Assembly (NCBI GenBank): GCA_022828145.1
Contig: JAJEJA010000088.1
Coordinates: 40,100 to 104,099 of the forward strand
Source of the DNA: Candidatus Poribacteria bacterium
GTDB lineage: Bacteria; Poribacteria; WGA-4E; WGA-3G
Reading direction: 5' to 3'
Length of the DNA: 64,000 bases
Shown: piece by piece, positions 52,392-61,817 of the stretch
Numbering within the stretch: position 1 is the first letter of the stretch
How the letters are laid out: every line of letters begins with the position of its first letter
The notes under the pieces: generated by a model
What the model saw: the letters and a program-made list of their open reading frames with translations, nothing else
What the model was told of the DNA's origin: nothing
The model's database searches: none
Position numbers and translations under genes: made by a program

Positions 52392-54878
52392 ATGATGAAA
52401 ACGACTTTAGTTTGGACGATGATATTGTTCACACTTTCACTTTCTATTGGACTATCACACACCGCGGCAGTAGATACATCAGAATGGGAATTGCCTGAGG
52501 GTGCCAAATCCCGTCTCGGTAAAGGTGGGATAACTAATATCACATATTCACCTGATGGTACGTTGCTTGCAGTGGCAGGTAGTATCGGTATATGGCTCTA
52601 CGATACTGCAACGCTCCAAGAACGGGCACTGCTCACTGGACAGACACAATGGGTCAGTAGTGTGTCGTTCAGTCCGGATGGAAGGACAATCGCAAGTGCA
52701 AGTTCGGACCCCACGGGTTCGGAATATACGGTGCGTCTGTGGGATGTGGCGACTGCTACACAGAAAGGAACACTCGAGCACACAGGCGCGGCCTATAGTG
52801 TTTCATTCAGTCCGGATGGAAAAACAGTCGCAACTGGAAGTAGGGGCGAGGTGATTTTGTGGGATGTGGCGACTGCTACACAGAAAGGAACACTTACGGG
52901 ACATTCATCCGCTATCCTTAGTGTAGTGTTCAGTCCGGATGGAAAAACAATCGCAAGTGTGGGTTATGACAGCACGGTGCTTTTATGGGATGTTGCGACT
53001 GCCACACAGAAAGGAACACTCACGGGACACACAGATCTCGTCAAGAGTGTTTCATTCAGTCCGGATGGAAATACAATCGCAAGCGGAAGTCAGGACAACA
53101 CAGTGCGTTTGTGGGATGTGGCGACTGCTACACAGAAAGGGACACTCACGGGTCATACGTTCTGGGTCTATAGTGTGTCATTCAGTCCGGATGGAAATAC
53201 AATCGCAACTGGAAGTTGGGGTGAACTGTTTTTGTGGGATGTTGCGACTGCCACACAGAAAGGAACTCTCACGGGACATACAGACCTTGTCAAAAGTGTT
53301 TCGTTCAGTCCGGATGGAAAAACACTTGCAAGCGGAAGTCAAGACAGCACAGTGCGTTTGTGGGATGTGGAAACTACTACACAGAAAGGGACAATTACGG
53401 GTTATACAGGCTCTGGCAGGAGTGTTTCGTTCAGTCCGGATGGAAATACAATCACAAGTGGAAGTGGGGACAAGGTGCTATTGTGGGATGTCCCAACTGC
53501 TACACTTACACTCGAACATACGGGCGCGGGCACGAGTGTGTCGTTTAGTCCGGATGGAATGAAAATCGCAAGCGGAAGTTGGAACAGCACAGTGCTTTTG
53601 TGGGATGTGACAACTGGAACGCTCATACACACACTCACTGGTCATACACAATGGGTAAGTAGTGTCGCATTCAGTCCGGATGGAATGACAATCGCAAGCA
53701 CAAGTTATTATGAAAACACGGTGCGTTTATGGGATGTTGAAACTGGGACACAGAAAGCAACACTCACTGGACATACAGGTGGGGTAAGTAGTGTCGCATT
53801 CAGTCCAGATGGAATGACAATCGCAAGTGGGGGGAATGACAAGACAGCGCGTTTATGGGATGTTGAAACTGGGACACAGAAAGCAACACTCACGGGACAT
53901 AATGGCGATATAACAAGTGTGTCGTTCAGTCCAGATGGTACCATTCTCGCAAGCGGAAGTTGGGAAAAGGTACTTTTATGGGATGTGGCAACTGCTACAC
54001 TTACACTTGAACATACAGGCACGGGCACGAGTGTATCGTTCAGTCCCGATGGAAAGACAATAGCAAGAGGAAGTGGGGATGGAGTGCTTTTGTGGGACGT
54101 GGCAACTGGAACAATCAAACACACACTCACCGGACATACAGACTATGTCCAAAGTGTAGCGTTCAGTCCGGATGGTACTACCCTCGCAAGTGGAAGTGAT
54201 GATGGTACGGTGCTGTTGTGGGACTTCACGCCTTATCTTACGCCAAAACCCGCGTATCCTGCGTGGGATGTGAATGAGGATGGTAGCGTCAACATACTGG
54301 ATTTAGTTCTTGTGGGACAAAACATCGGCGGATCGATAGCAACAGTCCCCCGCGCAGATGTCAATGGTGATGGGGGTATCAATATCTTAGACTTGGTGCT
54401 TGTCGCTGGACATTTTGGGGAGACAACAAATGTTGCTGCACCTGAAAGTGTTGTGAAGTTAGATGGTGTTGAGCCTGCACTCGTCAAAAAATGGTTAGAA
54501 CTTGCGCAGCTTGAAAATGACGGTTCTTTGGCGTTCCGACAAGGTATAGCAAACTTGGAACGTCTTTTGGCATCCTTTATTCCGCAAGAGACTGCACTTT
54601 TAGCCAATTACCCGAACCCGTTTAACCCTGAGACGTGGATGCCGTATCAGTTAGCAAAGTCTGCAGAAGTGAGTATCTCTATCTATGCTGCGGATGGGAA
54701 ACTGATTCGGACATTGGCGTTAGGGTATCAAGCTGCAGGTGTTTATCACAACAGAAACAGAGCGGTATATTGGGATGGAAAAAATGCAGCAGATGAATCT
54801 GTTGCAAGTGGTGTATATTTCTACACGCTTATCGCGGGCGATTTCACCGCAACGCGCAAAATGTTAATATTGAAATAA
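52392..54878 (+). CDS. Secreted 14-blade WD40 protein with dockerin-like module and T9SS-type C-terminal sorting domain
   Basis: 828-aa ORF with SD 'aaaggag' and signal 'LVWTMILFTLSLSIGLSHTAA'. Fourteen 'SFSPDG' units and dockerin-like 'DVNEDGSVNILDLVLV...DVNGDGGINILDLVLV'. CTD: 'NYPNPFNPETWMPYQL...IYAADGKLIRTL...GVYFYTL...RKMLILK'. Confidence 0.9.
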   Translation: MMKTTLVWTMILFTLSLSIGLSHTAAVDTSEWELPEGAKSRLGKGGITNITYSPDGTLLAVAGSIGIWLYDTATLQERALLTGQTQWVSSVSFSPDGRTIASASSDPTGSEYTVRLWDVATATQKGTLEHTGAAYSVSFSPDGKTVATGSRGEVILWDVATATQKGTLTGHSSAILSVVFSPDGKTIASVGYDSTVLLWDVATATQKGTLTGHTDLVKSVSFSPDGNTIASGSQDNTVRLWDVATATQKGTLTGHTFWVYSVSFSPDGNTIATGSWGELFLWDVATATQKGTLTGHTDLVKSVSFSPDGKTLASGSQDSTVRLWDVETTTQKGTITGYTGSGRSVSFSPDGNTITSGSGDKVLLWDVPTATLTLEHTGAGTSVSFSPDGMKIASGSWNSTVLLWDVTTGTLIHTLTGHTQWVSSVAFSPDGMTIASTSYYENTVRLWDVETGTQKATLTGHTGGVSSVAFSPDGMTIASGGNDKTARLWDVETGTQKATLTGHNGDITSVSFSPDGTILASGSWEKVLLWDVATATLTLEHTGTGTSVSFSPDGKTIARGSGDGVLLWDVATGTIKHTLTGHTDYVQSVAFSPDGTTLASGSDDGTVLLWDFTPYLTPKPAYPAWDVNEDGSVNILDLVLVGQNIGGSIATVPRADVNGDGGINILDLVLVAGHFGETTNVAAPESVVKLDGVEPALVKKWLELAQLENDGSLAFRQGIANLERLLASFIPQETALLANYPNPFNPETWMPYQLAKSAEVSISIYAADGKLIRTLALGYQAAGVYHNRNRAVYWDGKNAADESVASGVYFYTLIAGDFTATRKMLILK

Positions 54879-55152
54879 TAGTCCGTTCGGGTGAGGAAAC
54901 CCCGTCCGACTGATCTACTAACTCAAGTTGCTACATAAGTAGCACAAACGTCATGAAGACAAGAAAACAATCCAGTCCTTTCTGGACCATAGTGTGTGCA
55001 CAAACTGGAAAGCGGACGCTACAGATGTGCGCAACTAATTATTAATTCCACTATAAAAGGAAATGCGTCCATCCTTTATAAGTGAAATCAACTACAGACT
55101 ATTAGAATGATGTTACAGCAACATCAAAACCAAAAAAGGAAAGGAATTTACA

Positions 55153-57903
55153 ATGAAAAGTCTATTGATATCTCAAAAGTCAATCGTGGCACTTCTGGCT
55201 ATGATAACCCTTATATTCACCTTCCATAATATAAGTGAAGCACAAACCTCAAACTACACCCACATCTATGTAGATGCAGTCAACGGAGCAAATGGTCCCA
55301 ATAGGGGAACAGAGGCAAAGCCGTATAAGTCTATTACTTTCGCACTGTTGATCAGTGAAAGAACGAACCTGCCAGATCCGTGGCATGTGCATATTCTTCC
55401 CGGCACCTACGACGGAGATCCGGAGAAGCCGGCAAATGAACGCGAAGTTTTCCCGCTTAAACTCCGCAGCAACATGATTTTTGAAGGGACAACTACCGCA
55501 GCAGAATGTATCATTGATGCACAGCACCTCGGCGCAACAAAGTTCGAAATTCTGCGCGGAATTGACGTTGAAGGTGTCGTGATCCGTAACTTAACTATCC
55601 AGAATATGAACCGGACCGATAATGCAGGCGGAATTGTTCTCTGGGATGAGACCGGCACGCGTGAGACACCCAGCAGTATTGAGACGTGCGTTATCCATAA
55701 TAATGGTGTTACTGGCATTGCCACAAATATGCCGCTGCACCTTACATTGAATACCATCAGTAACCATAGAAATATCGGGGTGTGGACGAGTGATAGCATT
55801 TCTGCCAGCCACAATACCTTCACTGCTAACGGCGGAAGCTTGGGTGGCAATGTATATGGTGGAGGTCTTGGTCTCTATTTTGATGGTGACTCATCAGGCG
55901 ATCTCACTGAGAATACCTTTCAGAATAACAGAGGTACGACTATTTTTGTTAAGGGCACACTAAAGGGAAACGTTTCCAACAATACCTTTACGAACAATCA
56001 CGGTATTCATTTTGCTGAGTTTGGTGGTGGTGGGATCTTTGCTGACACTGTCATCGGCAACCTGACTTATAATGTCTTTACTAAGAATTCATCAAAGCCC
56101 AGAGGTGAGAATAACTACGGAGATACTGGTGGTGGTGCATTCCGTATCACAAATTTCACAGGTGATATTACCCACAATACATTCGCTGAGAATTCATCAA
56201 CTACTTCTGACTATAGTACTGGTGGTGGTGCATTTTATATTCAGAATTTCACGGGTGATATCTCCCAAAATACATTCACTCAGAATGCACATGTTAATAG
56301 TAGGCAGAGGAGTGGTGGTGGAGCATTCTATATTGAAAATTTCACGGGTGATATTTCGCACAATACGTTCACTCAGAATTCATCGACTTGTACTAGGAAT
56401 GAAAGTCAGTTTGGTGGTGGTGCATTCCATATTAGAAATTTTACGGGTGATGTTATCCACAACACATTTTCTGCGAATAAAGTAACGTTTGATGAAGATA
56501 GGACTATTTATAACCGTGTGCATGGTGGTGCATTCTATGTTAATCGCTTCACCGGAAATGTAACCAACAATACATTTACTCAGAATTCAACACAAGGTAA
56601 TGGCAGGGGTACTGGCGGAGCATTTCTGATTACAGCTTTAGCTGGAAATATTACCCACAATATCTTTGATGGTAATTCGGGGTATTGGGCTGGGGCATTT
56701 GACTTATCATCTTCTTCAAATACAGTAGAAGTCAGTAATAACATTTTCTTCAACAACACATCAACGGATACTGGAGATTCAATTGTCACACGGCATGCTA
56801 CGCACATTTTGAATAACCTATTCATGATTTCTGATGAACTCTCTGGTGGTATTTCAGAGGGTGCTACAGTATGGGTAAATTCACCCGAAACACGTTTCCA
56901 CAACAATATCTTTTCCGGTTTGAAGACTGCTATCTTCAAAGAGGGAACACTTGATCTCCCTATTACGCATAATCTATTTCACAATATCGAGAAAAGATTT
57001 GTGAATCAAGGTGGGAACGATCTCGGCAACGATCTGCTGTTCTGGGAACTCTTAGCAGAAAATGCTATGGATAACCTTGAGGGGTCGCCGCTGCTTGTTG
57101 ATCCGGTAGGAGATCGGAACTTCCATCTGCGTGCAACAAGTCCCGCAATTGATGCAGGGACAAATGCTTTTGCACCTGCTGACGATCTTGATGGCAATGC
57201 CAGACCTGTCGGTGAAAAGGTAGATATAGGTCCCTATGAGTACAACGCAGACACAGCAGATATATCTACCCCCGTATTTCTGGACTGGGATGTGAATGAG
57301 GATGGTCATGTCAACATATTGGATATTGTTGTCGTGTCACAAAACTTGGGTCAATCTGAACCAGATAATCCACGCACAGATGTCAACGGTGATGGAGCGG
57401 TCAACATTTTAGACATTGTTCTTATTTCCCAACATTTGGGAGAATCTTCCGGTGCACCTGCTGCGCACACAAGCGTGAGTATCTATCAGAATGTTGACTC
57501 CGCTACAATTCAGACATGGATAAATCTTGCACAGGTTGCGGACGACGGTTCAGCTGTTTTCCGAGAGGGTATTGCTAACCTTAAGCGACTATTGACTGCA
57601 AACGTTCCGCAGAAGACTGCTCTGCTTGCAAACTATCCGAACCCGTTTAACCCTGAGACATGGATACCGTATCAGTTGGCAAAGCCTGCAGAAGTGAGCG
57701 TCTCTATCTATGCTGCAGATGGGAAATTGATTCGCACGTTGGCGTTAGGACACCAAGCTGCAGGTGTTTATCACAACAGAAGTCGTGCGGCTTATTGGGA
57801 CGGTAAAAACGCAACAGGTGAATCTGTCGCAAGTGGTGTATATTTCTACACGCTTATCGCTAGCGAGTTTACCGCAACGCGGAAAATGTTAATATTGAAA
57901 TAA
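55153..57903 (+). CDS. Secreted right-handed parallel beta-helix repeat protein with dockerin-like module and T9SS-type C-terminal sorting domain
   Basis: 916-aa ORF with signal 'IVALLAMITLIFTFHNISEA'. DUF1565-like 'IYVDAVNGANGPNRGTEAKPYKSITFAL'. Many 'GGGAF.I.NFTGDI.HNTFT.NS' coils. Dockerin-like 'DVNEDGHVNILDIVVV...DVNGDGAVNILDIVLI'. The CTD is nearly identical to that of the 52392 gene. Confidence 0.85.
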   Translation: MKSLLISQKSIVALLAMITLIFTFHNISEAQTSNYTHIYVDAVNGANGPNRGTEAKPYKSITFALLISERTNLPDPWHVHILPGTYDGDPEKPANEREVFPLKLRSNMIFEGTTTAAECIIDAQHLGATKFEILRGIDVEGVVIRNLTIQNMNRTDNAGGIVLWDETGTRETPSSIETCVIHNNGVTGIATNMPLHLTLNTISNHRNIGVWTSDSISASHNTFTANGGSLGGNVYGGGLGLYFDGDSSGDLTENTFQNNRGTTIFVKGTLKGNVSNNTFTNNHGIHFAEFGGGGIFADTVIGNLTYNVFTKNSSKPRGENNYGDTGGGAFRITNFTGDITHNTFAENSSTTSDYSTGGGAFYIQNFTGDISQNTFTQNAHVNSRQRSGGGAFYIENFTGDISHNTFTQNSSTCTRNESQFGGGAFHIRNFTGDVIHNTFSANKVTFDEDRTIYNRVHGGAFYVNRFTGNVTNNTFTQNSTQGNGRGTGGAFLITALAGNITHNIFDGNSGYWAGAFDLSSSSNTVEVSNNIFFNNTSTDTGDSIVTRHATHILNNLFMISDELSGGISEGATVWVNSPETRFHNNIFSGLKTAIFKEGTLDLPITHNLFHNIEKRFVNQGGNDLGNDLLFWELLAENAMDNLEGSPLLVDPVGDRNFHLRATSPAIDAGTNAFAPADDLDGNARPVGEKVDIGPYEYNADTADISTPVFLDWDVNEDGHVNILDIVVVSQNLGQSEPDNPRTDVNGDGAVNILDIVLISQHLGESSGAPAAHTSVSIYQNVDSATIQTWINLAQVADDGSAVFREGIANLKRLLTANVPQKTALLANYPNPFNPETWIPYQLAKPAEVSVSIYAADGKLIRTLALGHQAAGVYHNRSRAAYWDGKNATGESVASGVYFYTLIASEFTATRKMLILK

Positions 57904-57965
57904 TTGTCAGTCGGGGTGGGGAAACCCACCCCAAAGATGTAAAGTTAAGGATTTTTCGATGCCAA

Positions 57966-58184
57966 AAACCCTCTTTAGTCCCGACAAATGCCAAACGCGC
58001 ATTTGGCGTTGATTTGGTAGGGACGATATGTTTATAGTTAAACGTTATACAAACCCTCTTTAGTCCCGTAGGGACGCAATGTTTATAGTTAAACGTTATA
58101 CAAACCCTCTTTAGTCCCGTAGGGACGAAATGTGTCGTAGTTCAACCGTGATCTATAAACATTGCGTCCCTACGGGACTAAAGA
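57966..58184. repeat. Array of the GTCCC-GTA-GGGAC hairpin unit: three direct 51-bp units plus one inverted copy
   Basis: 'aaaccctctttagtcccgtagggacg.aatgtttatagttaaacgttatac' starts at 57966 (interrupted by the cassette), 58051 and 58102. The inverted 'ctataaacattgcgtccctacgggactaaagag' is at 58152-58184. Confidence 0.85.
57983..58016 (-). mobile_element. Second copy (reverse orientation) of the 34-nt hairpin cassette, inserted in the family-3 hairpin
   Basis: Uninterrupted units read 'ctttagtccc|gtagggacg'. Here 'gacaaatgccaaacgcgcatttggcgttgatttg' lies between them. It is the reverse complement of 34289-34322 with one mismatch. Confidence 0.5.
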
Positions 58185-58311
58185 GCATCCCTCACTCTCA
58201 GATAATCCCTAAATTGACACCTATAGGTATGTCAGAATACGCGTTTGGTATTCTGAATTGGTTAGGAAACCGCACCTACCGGGTTTGAGGTTGAAATCCG
58301 AATTACCTAAA

Positions 58312-58494
58312 GTATTATTTTAACTTCATTAGGGACGATATGTTTGATGAATGCTGTTGAAGAAGCACAATCAAGGATGAATGTGCTACAAAAAGAGACA
58401 TTATCAATTAGAAATGGTATTATTTTAACTTCATTAGGGACGATATGTTTGATGAATGCTGTTGAAGAAGCACAATCAAGGATGAATGTGCTAC
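58312..58494 (+). repeat. Perfect 78-bp direct repeat (two copies, 105-bp period) ending in the dyad motif
   Basis: 58312-58389 and 58417-58494 are identical by eye ('gtattattttaacttcattagggacgatatgtttgatgaatgctgttgaagaagcacaatcaaggatgaatgtgctac'). Confidence 0.85.
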
Positions 58495-58575
58495 GGATTG
58501 ATGAAAGTAAATGATGAGGATATGATTTTATCTCTCGGGACGATTGTTTTGTCTGATTCTACAATTCCTTAGATG

Positions 58576-58604
58576 TTGCTTTTTCTTATGGTTTCTGATA
58601 TAAT
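58576..58604 (+). promoter_or_regulatory. sigma70-like promoter of the tsaD-tsaC operon
   Basis: TTGCTT (58576-58581), 17-bp spacer, TATAAT (58599-58604). Confidence 0.5.
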
Positions 58605-58642
58605 ATCTGTGAAATTTAGAACCGAGAAAAGCAACTCGCTTT

Positions 58643-59698
58643 GTGGTTCAAATAGGCGTGCTGAAAGATAACATTGTGAAGATACTCGGAATAGATACCT
58701 CTTGTGATGAAACAGCTGCTGCTATAGTAGTTGATGGTCGTGATGTGCAATCAAACATCGTTGCATCACAGATAAAAGCACATGAGGCATACGGGGGTAT
58801 TGTGCCAGAATTGGCATCCCGCAAGCACATAGAGGCAATCAATTATATCGTCAACAGAGCACTCGTTGAAGCAGATACGACTTTTGATGATATAGATGCG
58901 GTTGCTGTGACAAACCGACCAGGTCTGATTGGTGCTTTACTGATTGGTGTGGCTGCAGCTAAAAGTCTTGCATATTGTCACAATCTTCCACTGCTCGGCA
59001 TCAATCACATTGAAGGTCACATCTACGCCAATTACATGGTGCACGATAACTTAACATTTCCGCATATCTGTTTGACTGTATCTGGTGGACACACCTTATT
59101 GGTAGAAGTTCATGAAGGATGGAATTATAAGGTTCTCGGTACAACGCAAGATGATGCTGCGGGTGAAGTCTATGATAAAGTTGCTAAGTATCTCGGTCTC
59201 GGGTTTCCGGGAGGAAAGATCATAGATGAACTTGCACAAAAAGGTGATCCGACAGTCATTGACTTTCCCCGTCCAATGCTCCGCAGCGGCGACTATCAAT
59301 TCAGTTTTAGTGGTGTAAAAACCTCTGTCCGATACTTCGTGGAAAAGGCAGAACGCGCGGGCACAATAGAAAGCGGTCAAGTTACCATTGAAGATATTGC
59401 TGCAAGTTTCCAAGCAGCAGTTGTTGACGTGCTTGTAGCAAAGACTGTTCAAGCCGCAAAGACTACTGGTTGTCATACGATAACACTAACTGGCGGGGTT
59501 GCTGCCAACAGTAAACTAAGGTCATCTCTAAAGGAACATGCACAAGAAATTGGTGCGGAAGTATATTATCCTCCATTTAGTTTATGTACGGATAACGGAG
59601 CTATGATTGCAGGGATCGCCTATGAAAAATATCTGCAAGGACAGCGTGATGAGCTTTCTCTCAATGCTGCAGCAAACGGTTCAATAGTTGATGTCTAA
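58643..59698 (+). CDS. tsaD: tRNA N6-adenosine threonylcarbamoyltransferase
   Basis: ORF starting at GTG 58643; a GTG at 58676 ('VKILGIDTSCDETAAAIV') is an equally plausible start. 'HIEGHI', 'SGGHT', 'GGVAAN' and 'LCTDNGAMIA' are present. Confidence 0.92.
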   Translation: MVQIGVLKDNIVKILGIDTSCDETAAAIVVDGRDVQSNIVASQIKAHEAYGGIVPELASRKHIEAINYIVNRALVEADTTFDDIDAVAVTNRPGLIGALLIGVAAAKSLAYCHNLPLLGINHIEGHIYANYMVHDNLTFPHICLTVSGGHTLLVEVHEGWNYKVLGTTQDDAAGEVYDKVAKYLGLGFPGGKIIDELAQKGDPTVIDFPRPMLRSGDYQFSFSGVKTSVRYFVEKAERAGTIESGQVTIEDIAASFQAAVVDVLVAKTVQAAKTTGCHTITLTGGVAANSKLRSSLKEHAQEIGAEVYYPPFSLCTDNGAMIAGIAYEKYLQGQRDELSLNAAANGSIVDV

Positions 59699-59712
59699 CT
59701 GGAGAAATAGTC

Positions 59713-60354
59713 GTGGAATGTGCCCAAAGTTCTGACCTACGTCGTATTGAATCAGCAGTGAACTGTATAAAGTCTGGGGGAATTATTGCTGTTCCAACTG
59801 ATACAGTGTATGGTATAGGTGCTGATCCATTTAATGTAGAGGCAGTACAGAAACTATATACGGTAAAGGGACGACCAGAAGAGAAACCGATCCCCTTAGT
59901 CTTAGGCTCAACTGAGGATGTAGAAAGGGTAGCACAGAACTTGCCAGGATTCTTTTATCACCTGATAGATAAGTTTTGGCCAGGTGGATTAACAATCATT
60001 GTAGAGGCAAAAGGGTTGCTGCCTCAGTTGACAGCAGGCGGCAAAACTGTGGGATTACGCATACCAGATCAACCCATATTATTACGCATACTTCAAGAAT
60101 TCGGAGGCCCCCTTGCCATAACGAGTGCGAATCTTTCAGGAACACCAGCAGCCACCTCACCATCGGAATTTGGAGAAGAACTCAGTTCTCGGTTAGATTA
60201 CATCGTTGATGATGGAAAGACATCAGGCTCTATACCATCAACAGTTTACGATATTTCAATATCACCCCCCGTTGTTCATCGGCAAGGCGTAATTTCTGAT
60301 GAAACACTTGAGAAGGAGTTGATTTGTTACAACAGATATTTAAAGAACTCCTAA
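59713..60354 (+). CDS. tsaC: L-threonylcarbamoyladenylate synthase (YrdC/TsaC type, single domain)
   Basis: 213-aa ORF with a GTG start. 'IIAVPTDTVYGIGADP', 'KLYTVKGRPEEKPIPLVL', 'WPGGLTII' and 'ITSANLSG' are present. Confidence 0.85.
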   Translation: MECAQSSDLRRIESAVNCIKSGGIIAVPTDTVYGIGADPFNVEAVQKLYTVKGRPEEKPIPLVLGSTEDVERVAQNLPGFFYHLIDKFWPGGLTIIVEAKGLLPQLTAGGKTVGLRIPDQPILLRILQEFGGPLAITSANLSGTPAATSPSEFGEELSSRLDYIVDDGKTSGSIPSTVYDISISPPVVHRQGVISDETLEKELICYNRYLKNS

Positions 60355-60908
60355 CGTTCATAGCATCTTCAACAGGACAGTGGGTGATACTCATATTAGG
60401 ATGCGTGATTGCATTGGCAATCGTATATCACAGATGGAGGCAAATTCCCGGTTTGACGGTCAACCTAATTCAGGAGGATACATGGTTTATCAATCGTGAT
60501 GACAATAATCGTTTATCCATTGTGGTTTCTCTCCATCTGATCAACAAATCAGCTGCACCGATACAGTTTTGTAGGTGTAAATTGAGTGGATATTCCCCCA
60601 AACCCCCTCTAGATCAGATGTTTCTTGAGGGATACGACAAGACAATTGAACTTACCTATCCCGAATACGATTCATTCTCAGAAATCGTGGGTAAATCGGA
60701 GAATCTTAATTCCGTGTATGTGCTCAATCCTTATACAGAGCAACAGATGTGGGTGTATTATGAGTCTGGGATTGTTACACTTAGGAATATGCTTCGCGCA
60801 CCGATAGTTTTGAAGGATCTTAATCGTAAACGAAAATCTATACAAGCAACAGTACCACGCAATATGGAACAGATACAACTCTACCGGGAAGCGGCGATGC
60901 GTTGGTAA
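60324..60908 (+). CDS. Hypothetical membrane-anchored protein
   Basis: 194-aa ORF with a TTG start 6 nt after 'aaggag', overlapping the tsaC 3' end by 31 nt. One TM segment 'WVILILGCVIALAIVY'. No recognisable domain. Confidence 0.5.
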   Translation: MLQQIFKELLTFIASSTGQWVILILGCVIALAIVYHRWRQIPGLTVNLIQEDTWFINRDDNNRLSIVVSLHLINKSAAPIQFCRCKLSGYSPKPPLDQMFLEGYDKTIELTYPEYDSFSEIVGKSENLNSVYVLNPYTEQQMWVYYESGIVTLRNMLRAPIVLKDLNRKRKSIQATVPRNMEQIQLYREAAMRW

Positions 60909-60932
60909 TCAGATAAAATTTAGAGGATACAC

Positions 60933-61661
60933 ATGCAAACGAAAAGAGTGTGTCTTTGGTCAGGCCCACGGAATATATCGACCGCTCTGATGTACGCTTT
61001 TGCACAACGGAGTGATACAGAAGTTATTGATGAACCGTTATATGCCCACTATCTACACACGACCGGTGCAATGCATCCTGGTCGAGATGCAGTTATTTCC
61101 TCAATGGAAACGGATGTGGATGCAGTGATTCGGGATGTTATTTTAGGTGCATGTGCTAAACCTGTGCTTTTTATGAAACAGATGGCACATCATCTTGTTA
61201 ATATTGACAGATCATTCTTGCAGGAGACTGTGAATGTCTTACTCATTCGTGATCCGAAGGAGATGCTTCCTTCATTAACGAAAGTAATTGGGATTCCTAC
61301 CTTGAAGGATACGGGTTTGAAGATTCAAGCTGACCTATTGACTGAATTACGGCAGATTGGACAGATACCACCTATCTTAGATGCCAAGGAATTGTTGCTT
61401 AATCCGAAGCATGTATTGTCAATCCTCTGTTCTCAGTTGGATATACCGTTTGAGGAAGACATGTTGTCTTGGAAGAGTGGTGGACATCCTTCGGATGGTG
61501 TTTGGGCTCCGCATTGGTATGAGAACGTGCATCGGAGCGTAGGGTTCGTTCCGTATAAACCGAAAAGCGAACCTTTTCCTACGGAATTGGAAGGTGTATT
61601 ATCTGAGTGTTTGCCTCATTATGAGATTTTACGTGCTGATGCAATTTGCAGTGTTCGTTAG
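60933..61661 (+). CDS. Sulfotransferase-like / P-loop-like family protein (uncertain)
   Basis: 242-aa ORF. The N-terminal 'LWSGPRNISTALMYAFAQRSDTEVIDEPLYAHYL' matches a conserved bacterial family that I recall annotated as sulfotransferase family. Low certainty on function. Confidence 0.5.
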   Translation: MQTKRVCLWSGPRNISTALMYAFAQRSDTEVIDEPLYAHYLHTTGAMHPGRDAVISSMETDVDAVIRDVILGACAKPVLFMKQMAHHLVNIDRSFLQETVNVLLIRDPKEMLPSLTKVIGIPTLKDTGLKIQADLLTELRQIGQIPPILDAKELLLNPKHVLSILCSQLDIPFEEDMLSWKSGGHPSDGVWAPHWYENVHRSVGFVPYKPKSEPFPTELEGVLSECLPHYEILRADAICSVR

Positions 61662-61710
61662 CCAAAACTATAGTATAGAAAACTTCTGAATTAATGGGAC
61701 ATTTTGCCAC

Positions 61711-61774
61711 GTAGGAGGGAACTCCGATTCCCGACTATCACTACGTAAAGTCGCGATTCGGAGATCGCTCCTAC
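61711..61774. repeat. BIME-like inverted pair of family-2 REPs
   Basis: 'gtaggagggaactccgattcccgac' + 14 nt + 'gtcgcgattcggagatcgctcctac'. Confidence 0.85.
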
Positions 61775-61817
61775 AGGTACTTTGTATCGTTATTTTCAAT
61801 GTTCACCATAAAATGTG

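Noticed and set aside
48759-57903. Interpretation as a cellulosome-type polysaccharide-degrading complex
   Set aside because: None of the dockerin-bearing proteins carries a recognisable glycoside hydrolase, lyase (the beta-helix lacks any identifiable catalytic motif by eye) or CBM. No cohesin scaffoldin is visible. Only the dockerin-like module supports the analogy.
57966-58184. Possible CRISPR array: regularly spaced ~30-nt palindromic repeats
   Set aside because: The sequences between the hairpins are themselves identical from unit to unit ('ttaaacgttatacaaaccct'), so this is a 51-bp tandem repeat with no unique spacers. One copy is inverted, and no cas genes are present. The same applies to 79-180, where the spacing is 50 bp with a 16-19-nt 'spacer'.
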